A stretch of DNA of 64,000 bases. Origin: Candidatus Melainabacteria bacterium. GTDB lineage: Bacteria > Cyanobacteriota > Vampirovibrionia > 2-02-FULL-35-15. The stretch covers positions 102,040 through 166,039 of the forward strand of contig JAHFBG010000003.1 of assembly GCA_023250155.1 (NCBI GenBank), read 5' to 3'. Shown here one piece after another: positions 1 through 9,760 of this stretch. How positions within the stretch are numbered: position 1 is the stretch's first letter; each line of letters opens with the position of its first letter. Made by a program: the position numbers and the translations under genes. The notes beneath the pieces are model-generated. The model had not been told where the DNA came from, did not search any database, and saw only the letters and a list, made by a program, of their open reading frames with translations.

Positions 1-1
1 A

Positions 2-139
2 TTGAAAGACAAGGTTATATTTGACGGTAGAAATCTATATGATCCTGAAAAACTAAAGCTTTTCGGACTAAGCCATGTTGGTATTGGGATTCCAGTTAGC
101 AAAGTCAAACAGAACTCAGAGCTTAGGGCCCAAAGCTGA
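2..139 (+). CDS. 3' fragment of a nucleotide-sugar dehydrogenase (UDP-glucose/GDP-mannose dehydrogenase family), partial at window edge
   Basis: Frame 2 reads ...KVIFDGRNLYDPEKLKLFGLSHVGIGIPV... to stop TGA 137-139; resembles the conserved C-terminus of UDP-glucose 6-dehydrogenases (IFDGRN.YDP motif). Confidence 0.5.
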   Translation: MKDKVIFDGRNLYDPEKLKLFGLSHVGIGIPVSKVKQNSELRAQS

Positions 140-167
140 AATCTTTATTTTGTTGTACAATATATTC

Positions 168-827
168 ATGAATCAAACAGCAAGACTTACATTTCAAGAT
201 GAACTTCTTAAGCTTCATGGCTTGGTTTTAAACTTGGCGAATGAAGTAAAAATGAATGGTGAACTATTACTTGAGTACTTACAAAAACATGAGGTACCAG
301 AGTTATTTACCAAGATAAAAAATAAAGATAAAGAAATAGACAAAGTCAGATGGCAAGTACATGATTTTGGTGATGAACTTATAGTACTCCAACAACCAGT
401 AGCAAAGGACTTCAGACAAATAATTACATCAATTCAAGTTACTGACAATTTAGAAAGAATAGGTGATCACTTTAAAAAAACTGCTAGATATCTAGAGAAA
501 TTTAGCTTATCTGAGATTGAGGTTCCACAAGAAATTATTAAAATGACTACTTTAGGTTTAAATATGCTCTCTCAATCTATTTCAGCATATTCACAAATCC
601 TTGAAGGCAAAACAAATGAAGTATCTAAACTTGATGATGAAATGGATGAGCTTTATAGACAAACCGTTAAAAAAATTATAAGTTTAATTAAAATTTCCTC
701 AGAAGACAAAATAGACAGTTTATCAAAATTGTTTTTTGTGGCCCAAAGCTTTGAAAGAGCAGCAGATCATGCTGCAAAAATTGGTGATCTTGTAAACTAT
801 TCAATTACTGGAAAAAGAAAAGAATAA
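168..827 (+). CDS. phoU: PhoU-family phosphate signalling regulator
   Basis: Two PhoU repeats with DNLERIGDH and FERAADHAAKIGD motifs; listed ORF 75..827 trimmed to ATG at 168 (MNQTARL...). Confidence 0.75.
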   Translation: MNQTARLTFQDELLKLHGLVLNLANEVKMNGELLLEYLQKHEVPELFTKIKNKDKEIDKVRWQVHDFGDELIVLQQPVAKDFRQIITSIQVTDNLERIGDHFKKTARYLEKFSLSEIEVPQEIIKMTTLGLNMLSQSISAYSQILEGKTNEVSKLDDEMDELYRQTVKKIISLIKISSEDKIDSLSKLFFVAQSFERAADHAAKIGDLVNYSITGKRKE

Positions 828-828
828 A

Positions 829-1275
829 CTATCTTGCTAAAGCCTTTTTAATAGGCTCTTTCAAAACTTTTTTAGTATCAAACTTATGAATTATTCTATG
901 TATTAAAAAGTAAGTTGAGAATTTTCTACCTGGATTACAAAATTGATCACATAAAAAATGTGCCAATACTGACAAAGTAATACCTACTCTCCAAGGAGTT
1001 AAGTCTGGATTTAATGTTAGAAGAAAAAATAAAAGCAACAACTCATATGAATGCAAAGGTACATATAGCTTTCCACTTATCTTTTCATGATGAGCACCAT
1101 TAACTTTTTTCCAATCCCATTTTTTTCCATGAGCATATATATAATCAATGATGTGATCTAGATCAATTAAGGTACCGACTAAAAAGCTAGTGATTGCAGG
1201 TGCTAACTCGCCAAAAGTAGCATATGTAAAAATAGCAACTGATGCTGATACTACAATATGTCCTGAAGTTCTCAT
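829..1275 (-). CDS. membrane-bound metal-dependent hydrolase-like protein (DUF457/YdjM-like)
   Basis: 148 aa, several TM segments, LIDLDH motif similar to DUF457 LPDIDH. Confidence 0.4.
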   Translation of the reverse strand: MRTSGHIVVSASVAIFTYATFGELAPAITSFLVGTLIDLDHIIDYIYAHGKKWDWKKVNGAHHEKISGKLYVPLHSYELLLLFFLLTLNPDLTPWRVGITLSVLAHFLCDQFCNPGRKFSTYFLIHRIIHKFDTKKVLKEPIKKALAR

Positions 1276-1392
1276 GATACTTATTATTTACCCCTTTTAA
1301 TTAAATTATCAACGTATTAGGTTAAAATTTGATTAAAGTTAAATAAGATTGTTAACTATATAGAAGTTTGACATGCTATCTTCTACTATAAG

Positions 1393-1860
1393 ATGAGGAT
1401 TGGACATGGTTACGACATACATAAGCTTGTACCTAACAAAAAATTAATAATTGGTGGGATTGAAATTCCATATTCTAAGGGGCTCCTTGGTCATAGCGAT
1501 GCTGATGTTCTTATCCATGCAATTATTGATGCCATGCTTGGCGCTTGTGGCCTTGGTGATATAGGATTACATTTCCCTTGCAATGATGAAAAGTGGAAGG
1601 ATTCAAGCAGTCTTGATTTACTACTCATCACTAATAGAACAATTACTGATAAAGGATTTCAAATAAATAATATTGACTCTACGATTGTACTTGAAGAACC
1701 AAAATTATTTCCATACATACATGAAATGAGAAAAAAAATCTCTGATGTTTTAAAAATAAATTATGATCAAATCAACATAAAAGCAAAAACCAATGAAGAA
1801 CAAGATTCAATAGGACAAAAAAATTCTATTTGTGCTTGGGCTGTTATCTTAATTAAATAA
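1393..1860 (+). CDS. ispF: 2-C-methyl-D-erythritol 2,4-cyclodiphosphate synthase
   Basis: MRIGHGYDIHKL...GHSDADVLIHAIIDAMLGA motifs typical of IspF; 155 aa. Confidence 0.9.
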   Translation: MRIGHGYDIHKLVPNKKLIIGGIEIPYSKGLLGHSDADVLIHAIIDAMLGACGLGDIGLHFPCNDEKWKDSSSLDLLLITNRTITDKGFQINNIDSTIVLEEPKLFPYIHEMRKKISDVLKINYDQINIKAKTNEEQDSIGQKNSICAWAVILIK

Positions 1861-2054
1861 TTTGATTATTATTTTGAATAGCTATATTTTATAAAAAAAA
1901 TTGTGATATCCCCAACAGTCAGAAAAGATTTTTGTAAGAAAATATATATTTTGTTTGTTAACCCTAAGGAAAAATTAATCGTCAGTAGAATATAAAGCTT
2001 AGACCAAAAAAAATTAGATTTAGTTTTAAAAAAGAGGAAAAACAGGAGAAAAAA

Positions 2055-2984
2055 ATGATCAAGATTAAATTGTTTACGACAACACTAATTGCAATATTTT
2101 GTTTGGGTTTAAATTTTTATAATCACCCAGCAAATGCAGAAAATACTTCCACACCACAAGGATTTTTAGATAGCTATACAATAACGCTAAGTGGTAGTGG
2201 ATTAAACTCTACAACTGCATTAAATATAAAAGTCGATGTTGCACCTTTAAACTCAGCTCAACTAGATACAGGTGTTTCCTTTAAAGGAACTGGAGCTACT
2301 CAGTTGCTCACAGATGTAAACCAAGGAACAGGTACTATCAGCGTAGTCTGGAGTGGTACAGTTACTGATGGAAAAGTTACCATTACAGGAATGTTGAAGC
2401 CTGGTACAGTCAGTTCTACTCCAGGAATAACTATTTCTAAAATAGAAAAAGCTGGTGGTGTCGATATTACAAAAGACTTAACATCTACTATCAATCTTAC
2501 ATCATCAAACCCTTTACCTGCAGCAAGTCCATCTCCATCTCCAAGCCCATCTCCATCCCCATCTCCAAGTCCATCTCCAAAACCAAGTCCATCACCAAGT
2601 CCTAGCCCAACCACACCTCCAAAACCAGGATCATCTCCTACAGATGAAGCAGATGATCCTTCTATAACAATATCTGGTAGTGAACAAATTACAATTCAAT
2701 CAGGCATATTAAATGCTGGAAAACTAAAAGTTAAAGCAGCTGATTTTACTGCATTGAGCAAATGCAGTGTTTCAGCATCTGACTCTGACTTAGTAAAAAT
2801 TAAACCAGCAAGGTTTATTCTTGGGCCAGGAAGAACCAAACAAACTCTTTTAGTTAGAGTACCTCTGTCAGCAGCTAGAGATATTATTGACAGTGGTGAT
2901 ACTGAAAGCGTTACCGTTGAAATCAGTTGTAAAAATGGTGCATTTGATGATACAGAAATACTGCTAGTACCTGAAGAAGATTAG
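2055..2984 (+). CDS. secreted hypothetical protein with (Ser-Pro)n linker
   Basis: N-terminal signal peptide, SPSPSPSP...KPSPSPSP low-complexity linker at 2520..2620, Ser/Thr-rich. Confidence 0.6.
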   Translation: MIKIKLFTTTLIAIFCLGLNFYNHPANAENTSTPQGFLDSYTITLSGSGLNSTTALNIKVDVAPLNSAQLDTGVSFKGTGATQLLTDVNQGTGTISVVWSGTVTDGKVTITGMLKPGTVSSTPGITISKIEKAGGVDITKDLTSTINLTSSNPLPAASPSPSPSPSPSPSPSPSPKPSPSPSPSPTTPPKPGSSPTDEADDPSITISGSEQITIQSGILNAGKLKVKAADFTALSKCSVSASDSDLVKIKPARFILGPGRTKQTLLVRVPLSAARDIIDSGDTESVTVEISCKNGAFDDTEILLVPEED

Positions 2985-2994
2985 TATTAGAAAT

Positions 2995-4740
2995 CTAATC
3001 GATCTTTTTAGCACCAAGCAAATCCTTAATGGCCTTAGTGAAATCATTATCACTAGGGTCATTGTTTTTTTGAGAGATGTTACTAGTAACTAAATTTAAG
3101 CTAGGAGGATCTTTTTGTTGAAGACTTGCTTGAGTAATATTACCTTCAACCTCATTTGGCTCCTTAGCTCTAGCCAAGATCCTAAATCGAATATTTGCAG
3201 GCTCAATCCCACTAACAGTTTTAGTGGCTTGTAAAATCATTTCTTTTTTCTTAGAATCTTTTTCAAGTCTTTGCAAGAAAGTATCTTTCGCTATTCCTAA
3301 CTCTAAGAGATCTTTAGAAAGACTTATGACATAGCTCTCAGACTGATTTAATAATGTTTTTGTTGGATTGCTTTCAATTAGACTTACTATCTGAGTCCAG
3401 AGGGAGTTTAGGTCAGGATTTGAAATTGACAATTGAGAATTGACAATGGGGGATTGCTGCCCAGCAGGGCGAGCCTCACTCACTTCGTGAGCGGGAGAAT
3501 TGAGAATTGAGAATTGAGAGTTAAGAGTTGATACTTTAGGATCTTTGGCTTGTGACTGACTACTGGTTATTGGTTGCTGATTGCTGATTGCTGACTGCTG
3601 ACCTTGTTCTAATCTTTCAATCTTTTCTTTCAACTCTGTAAGTGAAATCAAAAAGTCTCTATCTACAATACTCATAACCTCTACAATAAACTGCAACTCC
3701 TGACTAAGTGCAAAACGTAATTTAGACTGTGAATCCTTAAGCCTGTCAATAATCTTTACTATATGGGCTATGTCTATTGAATTTAAAGCATTTAGATCAT
3801 CAGATAATTCTTTTGATAAACTTTCCCTGAAGTTTGTATTGATTTTAGCTTTGCCAAGATCTATAAATAATTCAATAATTCCCTTCAAAGATTCTTCAAT
3901 ATCTTTTCCACTTTTTACTAAGTTTTCTGCCAAATCAACTGCTTCTTTAATATTAAAAGTTAAAATAGCATTAGCTAACTTAAACAGAACTCTCCTATCA
4001 ATAGTACCAAAAAGCTGAAACACTTCTTCTGAATTTATTGATTTATCATCTGACTGCAAAACGCTTATTTGATCAAGAAGAGATACAGCATCTCTTAAGC
4101 AACCATTGGCTCTTTTCGATATAAATTTTGTAATAGTATTATCAATGTTTATTTTTTCACAAGATGCAATTCCTTGAATTCGTGTTTCAATCTCTTCTTG
4201 TGAAACCGATTTAAAATCAAGTTTTTGACATCTGCTTATAATAGTAGGTATAACTTTGTATTCTTCAGTAGTAGCCAAAATAAATATTACATTTTTGGGT
4301 GGCTCTTCAAGTGTCTTTAATAAAGCATTAAAGGCATGATCCGTAAGCATGTGAACTTCATCAATTATATAAATTTTAAATCTTGATCCATAAGTACCCA
4401 AACTAACTCTGTTTATAAGATTTTCAGCATCTTCTACTTTTCTATGACTTGCAGCATCTATCTCTATAACATCAAGTGAATTACCTTTGGTTATTGATTC
4501 ACAGCTTATACACTTGTTACAAGGATCTATTGTTATACCACTTTGACAGTTCAATGATTTAGCTAAAATTCTTGCTGTAGATGTTTTTCCTGTTCCTCTT
4601 GGACCACAAAACAAATAAGCATGAACAATTTTGTCATAAGTAATGGCATTAGTTAGGGTTTTAGTAACTACTTCCTGACCTATTACTTCAAGTAGCTTTT
4701 GTGGCCTATATTTTAAATATAACGGTTGATATTGTTTCAC
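2995..4740 (-). CDS. dnaX: DNA polymerase III subunit gamma/tau
   Basis: YRPQKLLEVIGQE, Walker A GPRGTGKTS, Zn-finger CNKCISC, DEVHML; central linker contains in-frame heptamer repeats. Confidence 0.9.
   Translation of the reverse strand: MKQYQPLYLKYRPQKLLEVIGQEVVTKTLTNAITYDKIVHAYLFCGPRGTGKTSTARILAKSLNCQSGITIDPCNKCISCESITKGNSLDVIEIDAASHRKVEDAENLINRVSLGTYGSRFKIYIIDEVHMLTDHAFNALLKTLEEPPKNVIFILATTEEYKVIPTIISRCQKLDFKSVSQEEIETRIQGIASCEKINIDNTITKFISKRANGCLRDAVSLLDQISVLQSDDKSINSEEVFQLFGTIDRRVLFKLANAILTFNIKEAVDLAENLVKSGKDIEESLKGIIELFIDLGKAKINTNFRESLSKELSDDLNALNSIDIAHIVKIIDRLKDSQSKLRFALSQELQFIVEVMSIVDRDFLISLTELKEKIERLEQGQQSAISNQQPITSSQSQAKDPKVSTLNSQFSILNSPAHEVSEARPAGQQSPIVNSQLSISNPDLNSLWTQIVSLIESNPTKTLLNQSESYVISLSKDLLELGIAKDTFLQRLEKDSKKKEMILQATKTVSGIEPANIRFRILARAKEPNEVEGNITQASLQQKDPPSLNLVTSNISQKNNDPSDNDFTKAIKDLLGAKKID
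3421..3606. repeat. in-frame heptanucleotide tandem repeats within dnaX linker region
   Basis: (AATTGAC/AATTGAG)n at 3421..3448 and 3496..3531, (TTGCTGA)4 at about 3584..3604; encode LNSQFSILNS / VNSQLSISN / QQSAISNQQ. Confidence 0.8.
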
Positions 4741-5339
4741 GTAATTTCTACTCCATTAAATGTGTTCATTGCAAAGTCTACACTAGAAGTCATGAGTGTT
4801 TCAAGAGCTTGTATTGAAACTTCAACTACTCTTTGAACTAAATTAGACTCGTTTTTAGAGAACTTTTGTAAAACATAGTCTTTTCTTAGGTCTCCACCAG
4901 GATCTGGACCTACTCCAACTCTAACTCTCGTAAACTCCTGGTTTCCACCTAAACACTGAATGATTGATTCAATACCATGATGTCCTGCTGAACCATTGTT
5001 AAAACCAATTCTTATTTTTCCAAGATTCAATGCAACTTCATCATGAACTACTATTAAATCCTTCGATTCAAATTTAAACCAATTTGTTACTTTCTGTACC
5101 GCTTCTCCAGAATGGTTCATATATGTAGTAGGCCATACAAGAACTACATCATATGCCTTACTATCAGACAATGTAATTGTATCTTTTCCATACCAAGATA
5201 AAAGATCATTGTCTTGCTTACCAACAATCTTATACTTCTCACCAAAAGCATCTAAGATGCTAAATCCAATATTATGGCGTGTATTGTCATACTCAGTACC
5301 TGGATTTCCTAAACCAACAATTAATTTTTTGTTTGACAT
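4737..5339 (-). CDS. pth: peptidyl-tRNA hydrolase
   Basis: LIVGLGNPG.EY..TRHNIGF motif; 200 aa; 4-nt overlap with dnaX. Confidence 0.9.
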   Translation of the reverse strand: MSNKKLIVGLGNPGTEYDNTRHNIGFSILDAFGEKYKIVGKQDNDLLSWYGKDTITLSDSKAYDVVLVWPTTYMNHSGEAVQKVTNWFKFESKDLIVVHDEVALNLGKIRIGFNNGSAGHHGIESIIQCLGGNQEFTRVRVGVGPDPGGDLRKDYVLQKFSKNESNLVQRVVEVSIQALETLMTSSVDFAMNTFNGVEIT

Positions 5340-5344
5340 TATTC

Positions 5345-6505
5345 TTATAAAGATACAAGGGGGGAATTGATTCTTAATCTGGTTTCTTTATCTATTTCAA
5401 GGATTTCATCAAGCGAGGTTGGCTTAGAAGAATTGTGTGTCTCTATAGCAGAAGCTATTGTTTTATAAATATCGCTAAATGAGATTTTGTCTTTTAAAAA
5501 TAAATCCACAGCTATTTCATTTGCTGCATTTAAAACTATAGGATAACTATCTCCTTTAGAAGCTACTTCATAAGCTAGCTTTAAGCATGGAAACCTTACA
5601 TAATCAGGTGCTTCAAACTCAAGCTTTCCAACCGTCAATAAATCACAAAATAAATTAAATGGCAATTCTTTACGATGTGGGTAAAAGAGAGAGTACTGAA
5701 TAGGAAGCTTCATGTCTGTAGCGCCCAACTGTGCCATTATATTTCCATCTACGAACTCAACTGCACTATGCATAATGCTTTGAGGATGAATAAAGACATC
5801 TATTTGTTTTTCACTAAAACCAAACAAACTCATGGCTTCTATAATTTCTAATCCCTTATTCATGAGAGTAGCAGAGTCAACCGTAATTTTTTGTCCCATT
5901 ACCCAGGTAGGATGTTTTAAAGCTTGTTCTTTTGTAGCAGCTTGGATTTCTTTTAAACTCCAGGTTCTAAAAGGTCCACCTGATGCAGTTAGTATAATTC
6001 TTTTAACTTGTTCTTTTTTTGATTTTCCTAAACACTGATGAATAGCGACATGCTCACTGTCAAGTGGAATAACTTCACCTCTATGTTTTAGAATCAAATC
6101 TTGAATTAATCCACCTGCAATTACTAAAGTTTCTTTATTTGCAAAAGCTACTCTTTTCCCATGACTTAGTGCTTCTATAGTAGGTTTTAAGCCCAGTGAA
6201 CCTACAAGACTGTTTACAACAATATCACATTGGCATGATGAAATAAATTCTAAACCAACATCACCCCAATATATTTCTAAAACTGGATCTTTTAAAATTG
6301 ATTTTAACTCTTGTGCTAAAGCTACATCTTTTACAGAAACAAAACGAGGATTGTGTTCTTTTATTTGCTCTGCTAATAGTGGTGCATTTCCACCAGCTGC
6401 TAATCCTATAACCTCAAAGTCATTTTTAAATGCACTTAAAACATCTAAAGTTTGTTTTCCTATAGAACCTGTAGAGCCTAGTACTGATACACGTTTTTTT
6501 TTCAT
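5345..6505 (-). CDS. dxr: 1-deoxy-D-xylulose 5-phosphate reductoisomerase
   Basis: VLGSTGSIGKQTLDV N-terminal NADPH motif, 386 aa, MEP-pathway context with ispF. Confidence 0.9.
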   Translation of the reverse strand: MKKKRVSVLGSTGSIGKQTLDVLSAFKNDFEVIGLAAGGNAPLLAEQIKEHNPRFVSVKDVALAQELKSILKDPVLEIYWGDVGLEFISSCQCDIVVNSLVGSLGLKPTIEALSHGKRVAFANKETLVIAGGLIQDLILKHRGEVIPLDSEHVAIHQCLGKSKKEQVKRIILTASGGPFRTWSLKEIQAATKEQALKHPTWVMGQKITVDSATLMNKGLEIIEAMSLFGFSEKQIDVFIHPQSIMHSAVEFVDGNIMAQLGATDMKLPIQYSLFYPHRKELPFNLFCDLLTVGKLEFEAPDYVRFPCLKLAYEVASKGDSYPIVLNAANEIAVDLFLKDKISFSDIYKTIASAIETHNSSKPTSLDEILEIDKETRLRINSPLVSL

Positions 6506-6514
6506 GATGGGTAA

Positions 6515-9286
6515 CTATGCGGGGGTACTATTACATTCTCCTAATAGTTCAATTTGTTCATTAATTGTTTTTATCTGATTCTCTAATTCAATTATATTTT
6601 TCTTAACCTCATCAATTTTATCCTGAGCAGCATTATTAATAAAGCTTGTATTGCTAAGTTTTAAATTCTGAGCATTTAAGTCCTTTTCAAACTGAGCTTT
6701 TTTCTTATTAAAGTTCATAACCATCTTGTCAATATCAACTAAACCAGATAATGGAATAAGAATTCTTGTTTCATTGACTAAAGCACCACTAGATGGTTTA
6801 ACAGGTTCAAAATGGCTTAATACAGAAACTTTGGACTTAGTTAGGTATTCAATATATGAAACAAAACTAATCAATGTATTTTTTTCAAAGTTATTGTTTG
6901 TAAATAGTCTGATTTCCAGTTCCTTTGTCCACGGAATACTTAAAGTCTGTCTTAAATTTCTTATTTCACGAGTAATATCAATGATATAACTAAAGCTTTT
7001 ATCAGCTTCTTTGTTTATGAAAGCTAAGTCTGGTTTAGGATATGTTGCAAAGCAAATAAATTTAGAGCTGACAGCTGACAGCTGACAGCTGACAGCTAGA
7101 TTTATCTCCTCCGTAATAAAGGGCATTATGGGATGAAGGACACGTATAATGCCTTCTACTATATACAATAAAATAACTTGAGTTTGAAGTTTTAGTTTTG
7201 GATCATCTAATTGTTTCTTTGAGATTTCTATATACCAGTCACAAAAGCCATCCCAGACAAACTTATAAATTTGTTTTGATATTTCAGTGAAATTATATTT
7301 TTTATCAGCAAAATCATTTTGAATAAATAAAAGCAACTCATGGTAACTATTTAAAATCCACAAATCTGCAATGGTTAACTGTTCTTTTTTTATTTTTGTT
7401 AAATCAATGTCATATTTTTTTTCTGCTTCAAGGTTTTGAAGCACAAATCTTGTAGCATTCCAAAGCTTGTTTGCAAATCTTTTATACTGTTCAAGTGTAT
7501 CTGATTCCCACTTCCCATCCTTATCTTTTCTACCTGGGAAACGAACATCCTGATTTCCAGTCACTCCAACACTAAAATACCAAAAGCGATTTGCATCAGC
7601 ACCATACTTTTCTATCATTTCAAGAGGATCAATTGCATTTCCTTTAGACTTTGACATTCTTTTTCCATCAGGGGTTTGAATAACAGGATGAATTAAAACT
7701 TCTTGAAATGGAATATTCCCTGCAAATTCTAATCCCATAAATACCATTCTTGATACCCAAAGATTAATTATTTCTCTTGCAGTTGCTAAGATGCTAGTAG
7801 GATAAAAAGCTTTTAAATGCTCGGTTTGATTAGGCCATCCTAAAGTTACAAAAGGCCATAATGCAGAGCTAAACCAAGTATCTAAGACATCAGGATCTTG
7901 AATTAAATTTTTGCTTGCACATTCTTTACAAGAATCAGGAACAGTCTCATTAACAGTTACATGACTGTGTTCTTTACAGTACCAGACAGGTATTTGATGT
8001 CCCCACCAAAGCTGCCTACTAATACACCAATCTTTTATATTTCTTAGCCAATTCAAATAATGATCAGTATATCGATGAGGTGTAAATTTTATCCTTTCTT
8101 CTTCAACTACCTTCATAGCAGGCTCTGCTAATGGTTTCATTCTCACATACCATTGCTCTGAAAGATATGGTTCTATTATAGTTCCACAGCGATCATGTTT
8201 TGACTGAGGCTGGTCATATTCCACTACTTGTTTTAACAGACCCAGTTCTTCTAGTTTTTGTACTGTAATTTCTCTTGCTTTAAAACGTTCTTGTCCTTTT
8301 ATATCTTCTGGAATACCAATGTTTTCTTTATCCTGGATTTTTCCATCCTGAGTTATGATTTCAGGATAAGGATAAAAATGAGTCCCATATTTTTTAATGG
8401 TGTCTTTGTTTCTATCAAATATTTCATAGTCTACAGAATCATGTGCTGGAGTGACTTTTAAAGCACCAGTTCCAAAATCCATTTCTATAATCTCATCAGA
8501 AATAATGGGTATTTGTTTATTTATAAATGGTAGAAATACTTTTTGTCCAACAAGTTTTTTATATCTACCGTCATTCGGATTCACACAGACAGCTATATCA
8601 CCAAACAAAGTCTCTGGACGTGTTGTAGCAACAGTAATTCCACCTTTTGCAATATCATTAAAGTCAAATGGATACAAAATATGATAAATCTTACCTTTTG
8701 CATGATCAGTTTCTACTTCAAGATCACTAAGACTGGTGAGGCATTTAGGACACCAGTTAACTATTCTTTTTCCACGATAGATTAAGCCTTTATTATAAAG
8801 TGACACAAAGACTTTTGTAATAGCCTGTGAATAATTTTCATCCATAGTAAAAACAAGTCTGTCATAGTCTAAATGACACCCAAGTTTTTTCATCTGATTT
8901 ATAATTTCATTTCCATGTTTTTCTTTCCATATCCAGATCCGCTTTAAAAACTCTTCTCTACCTATGTCATGCTTTCTTTTCTTTTCAACTTTTGAAAGTT
9001 CTTTTTCAACTACCACCTGTGTACCAATACCAGCATGATCTGTACCACCCTGCCATAAAACATTTTTTCCATTCATTTGGTGATATCGAATTAGGACATC
9101 CTGAATAGTATCTCCAAATGCATGTCCCATATGAAGGCTGCCAGTTACATTTGGTGGTGGAAGAGCAATGGAAAAGCTTTCTTTATTTGGATCTATTTTT
9201 GATTTATAAATCTTTTCACTAAGCCAGGTATTTAGCCATTTTTCTTCTACTTCTTTTGGATTATATGTTTTAGAAAGTTCTTGCAT
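6515..9286 (-). CDS. valS: valine--tRNA ligase
   Basis: HMGH and KMSKSKGN class I motifs, 923 aa; contains (AGCTGAC)4 insertion at 7066..7099. Confidence 0.95.
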   Translation of the reverse strand: MQELSKTYNPKEVEEKWLNTWLSEKIYKSKIDPNKESFSIALPPPNVTGSLHMGHAFGDTIQDVLIRYHQMNGKNVLWQGGTDHAGIGTQVVVEKELSKVEKKRKHDIGREEFLKRIWIWKEKHGNEIINQMKKLGCHLDYDRLVFTMDENYSQAITKVFVSLYNKGLIYRGKRIVNWCPKCLTSLSDLEVETDHAKGKIYHILYPFDFNDIAKGGITVATTRPETLFGDIAVCVNPNDGRYKKLVGQKVFLPFINKQIPIISDEIIEMDFGTGALKVTPAHDSVDYEIFDRNKDTIKKYGTHFYPYPEIITQDGKIQDKENIGIPEDIKGQERFKAREITVQKLEELGLLKQVVEYDQPQSKHDRCGTIIEPYLSEQWYVRMKPLAEPAMKVVEEERIKFTPHRYTDHYLNWLRNIKDWCISRQLWWGHQIPVWYCKEHSHVTVNETVPDSCKECASKNLIQDPDVLDTWFSSALWPFVTLGWPNQTEHLKAFYPTSILATAREIINLWVSRMVFMGLEFAGNIPFQEVLIHPVIQTPDGKRMSKSKGNAIDPLEMIEKYGADANRFWYFSVGVTGNQDVRFPGRKDKDGKWESDTLEQYKRFANKLWNATRFVLQNLEAEKKYDIDLTKIKKEQLTIADLWILNSYHELLLFIQNDFADKKYNFTEISKQIYKFVWDGFCDWYIEISKKQLDDPKLKLQTQVILLYIVEGIIRVLHPIMPFITEEINLAVSCQLSAVSSKFICFATYPKPDLAFINKEADKSFSYIIDITREIRNLRQTLSIPWTKELEIRLFTNNNFEKNTLISFVSYIEYLTKSKVSVLSHFEPVKPSSGALVNETRILIPLSGLVDIDKMVMNFNKKKAQFEKDLNAQNLKLSNTSFINNAAQDKIDEVKKNIIELENQIKTINEQIELLGECNSTPA
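7066..7099. repeat. (AGCTGAC)4 tandem heptamer within valS
   Basis: agctgac x4 plus partial; encodes LAVSCQLSAVSS in ValRS. Confidence 0.85.
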
Positions 9287-9287
9287 T

Positions 9288-9500
9288 TTAAGCAGCTAGT
9301 TTTGCACCATACTCAATTGCAGCATTTATATCAATTTCTTTTAGTTGAGGATATTCTTTTAGTATTTGCTTTTTGGATTGGCCACCTGCTAACATTTGTA
9401 AAACCAAATAAACAGGTATTCTTGTTCCTTTTATACAAGCTTTTCCATGGAATACATTTGGATCTGACTCAACTCTATTTTTATTTAGCTTTTTCTTCAT
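9288..9500 (-). CDS. DUF433 domain protein (orphan antitoxin-like)
   Basis: 70 aa, GKACIKGTRIPVYLVLQMLAGGQS...ILKEYPQL matches DUF433 core; no DUF5615 partner adjacent. Confidence 0.65.
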   Translation of the reverse strand: MKKKLNKNRVESDPNVFHGKACIKGTRIPVYLVLQMLAGGQSKKQILKEYPQLKEIDINAAIEYGAKLAA

Positions 9501-9760
9501 TTCTTTATAATAAATATATCATATACTTACACCCACTCCTTACAATACTTTTATAGTTTTTACTCCGGTGGCTCTTGCGGTGACGTTGCTCCTCAGAGCC
9601 ACATTTGCATAGACCGCTCGGTTTGGGACAAACCTCGCTTCATTAACCAACATAGGCTTAGTGGCATTACGTTATGGGGTCCGTGAGTAATTACCTTTCA
9701 TGCTTATTTTAAGTTATTGTTCTACACTTAAGCTAAGTATAGCAATTAGAGGTTTAACAT

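Noticed and set aside
75-167. N-terminal extension of the PhoU ORF, and similar upstream extensions for ORFs 13533..14180, 17871.., 20914.., 21533..22759, 47141..47953 and 51298..51699
   Set aside because: The extensions lack homology. Several overlap neighbouring genes. Internal Mets align with family N-termini, so the starts were trimmed.
1367-1392. Sigma70-like promoter TTGACA-N15-TAAGAT immediately upstream of ispF
   Set aside because: The -10 element would abut the start codon, leaving no leader, and the AT-rich background makes chance matches likely. It is not reported as a feature.
2300-2614. Antisense ORFs inside the low-complexity (SP)n and (TP)n regions (2300..2614, 20164..20532, 20294..20626, 20291..20569) encoding GDG/VGV/SNS repeats
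   Set aside because: They are mirror-strand or alternate-frame artefacts of the Ser-Pro and Thr-Pro repeat DNA within secreted-protein genes. They have no independent start or RBS context.
3421-3606. Possible CRISPR array suggested by the regular short repeats
   Set aside because: The units are 7–8 nt tandem microsatellites without spacers. They lie inside coding sequences, and no cas genes are present.
9541-9700. RNase P RNA, SRP RNA or tmRNA in the GC-rich intergenic segment
   Set aside because: None of the conserved signatures were found: the RNase P GGAAAGUCCGG/ACAGAACCCGGCUUA motifs, the SRP domain IV AGGAAGCAGC, or the tmRNA tRNA-like ends. It is kept only as an unexplained structured segment.
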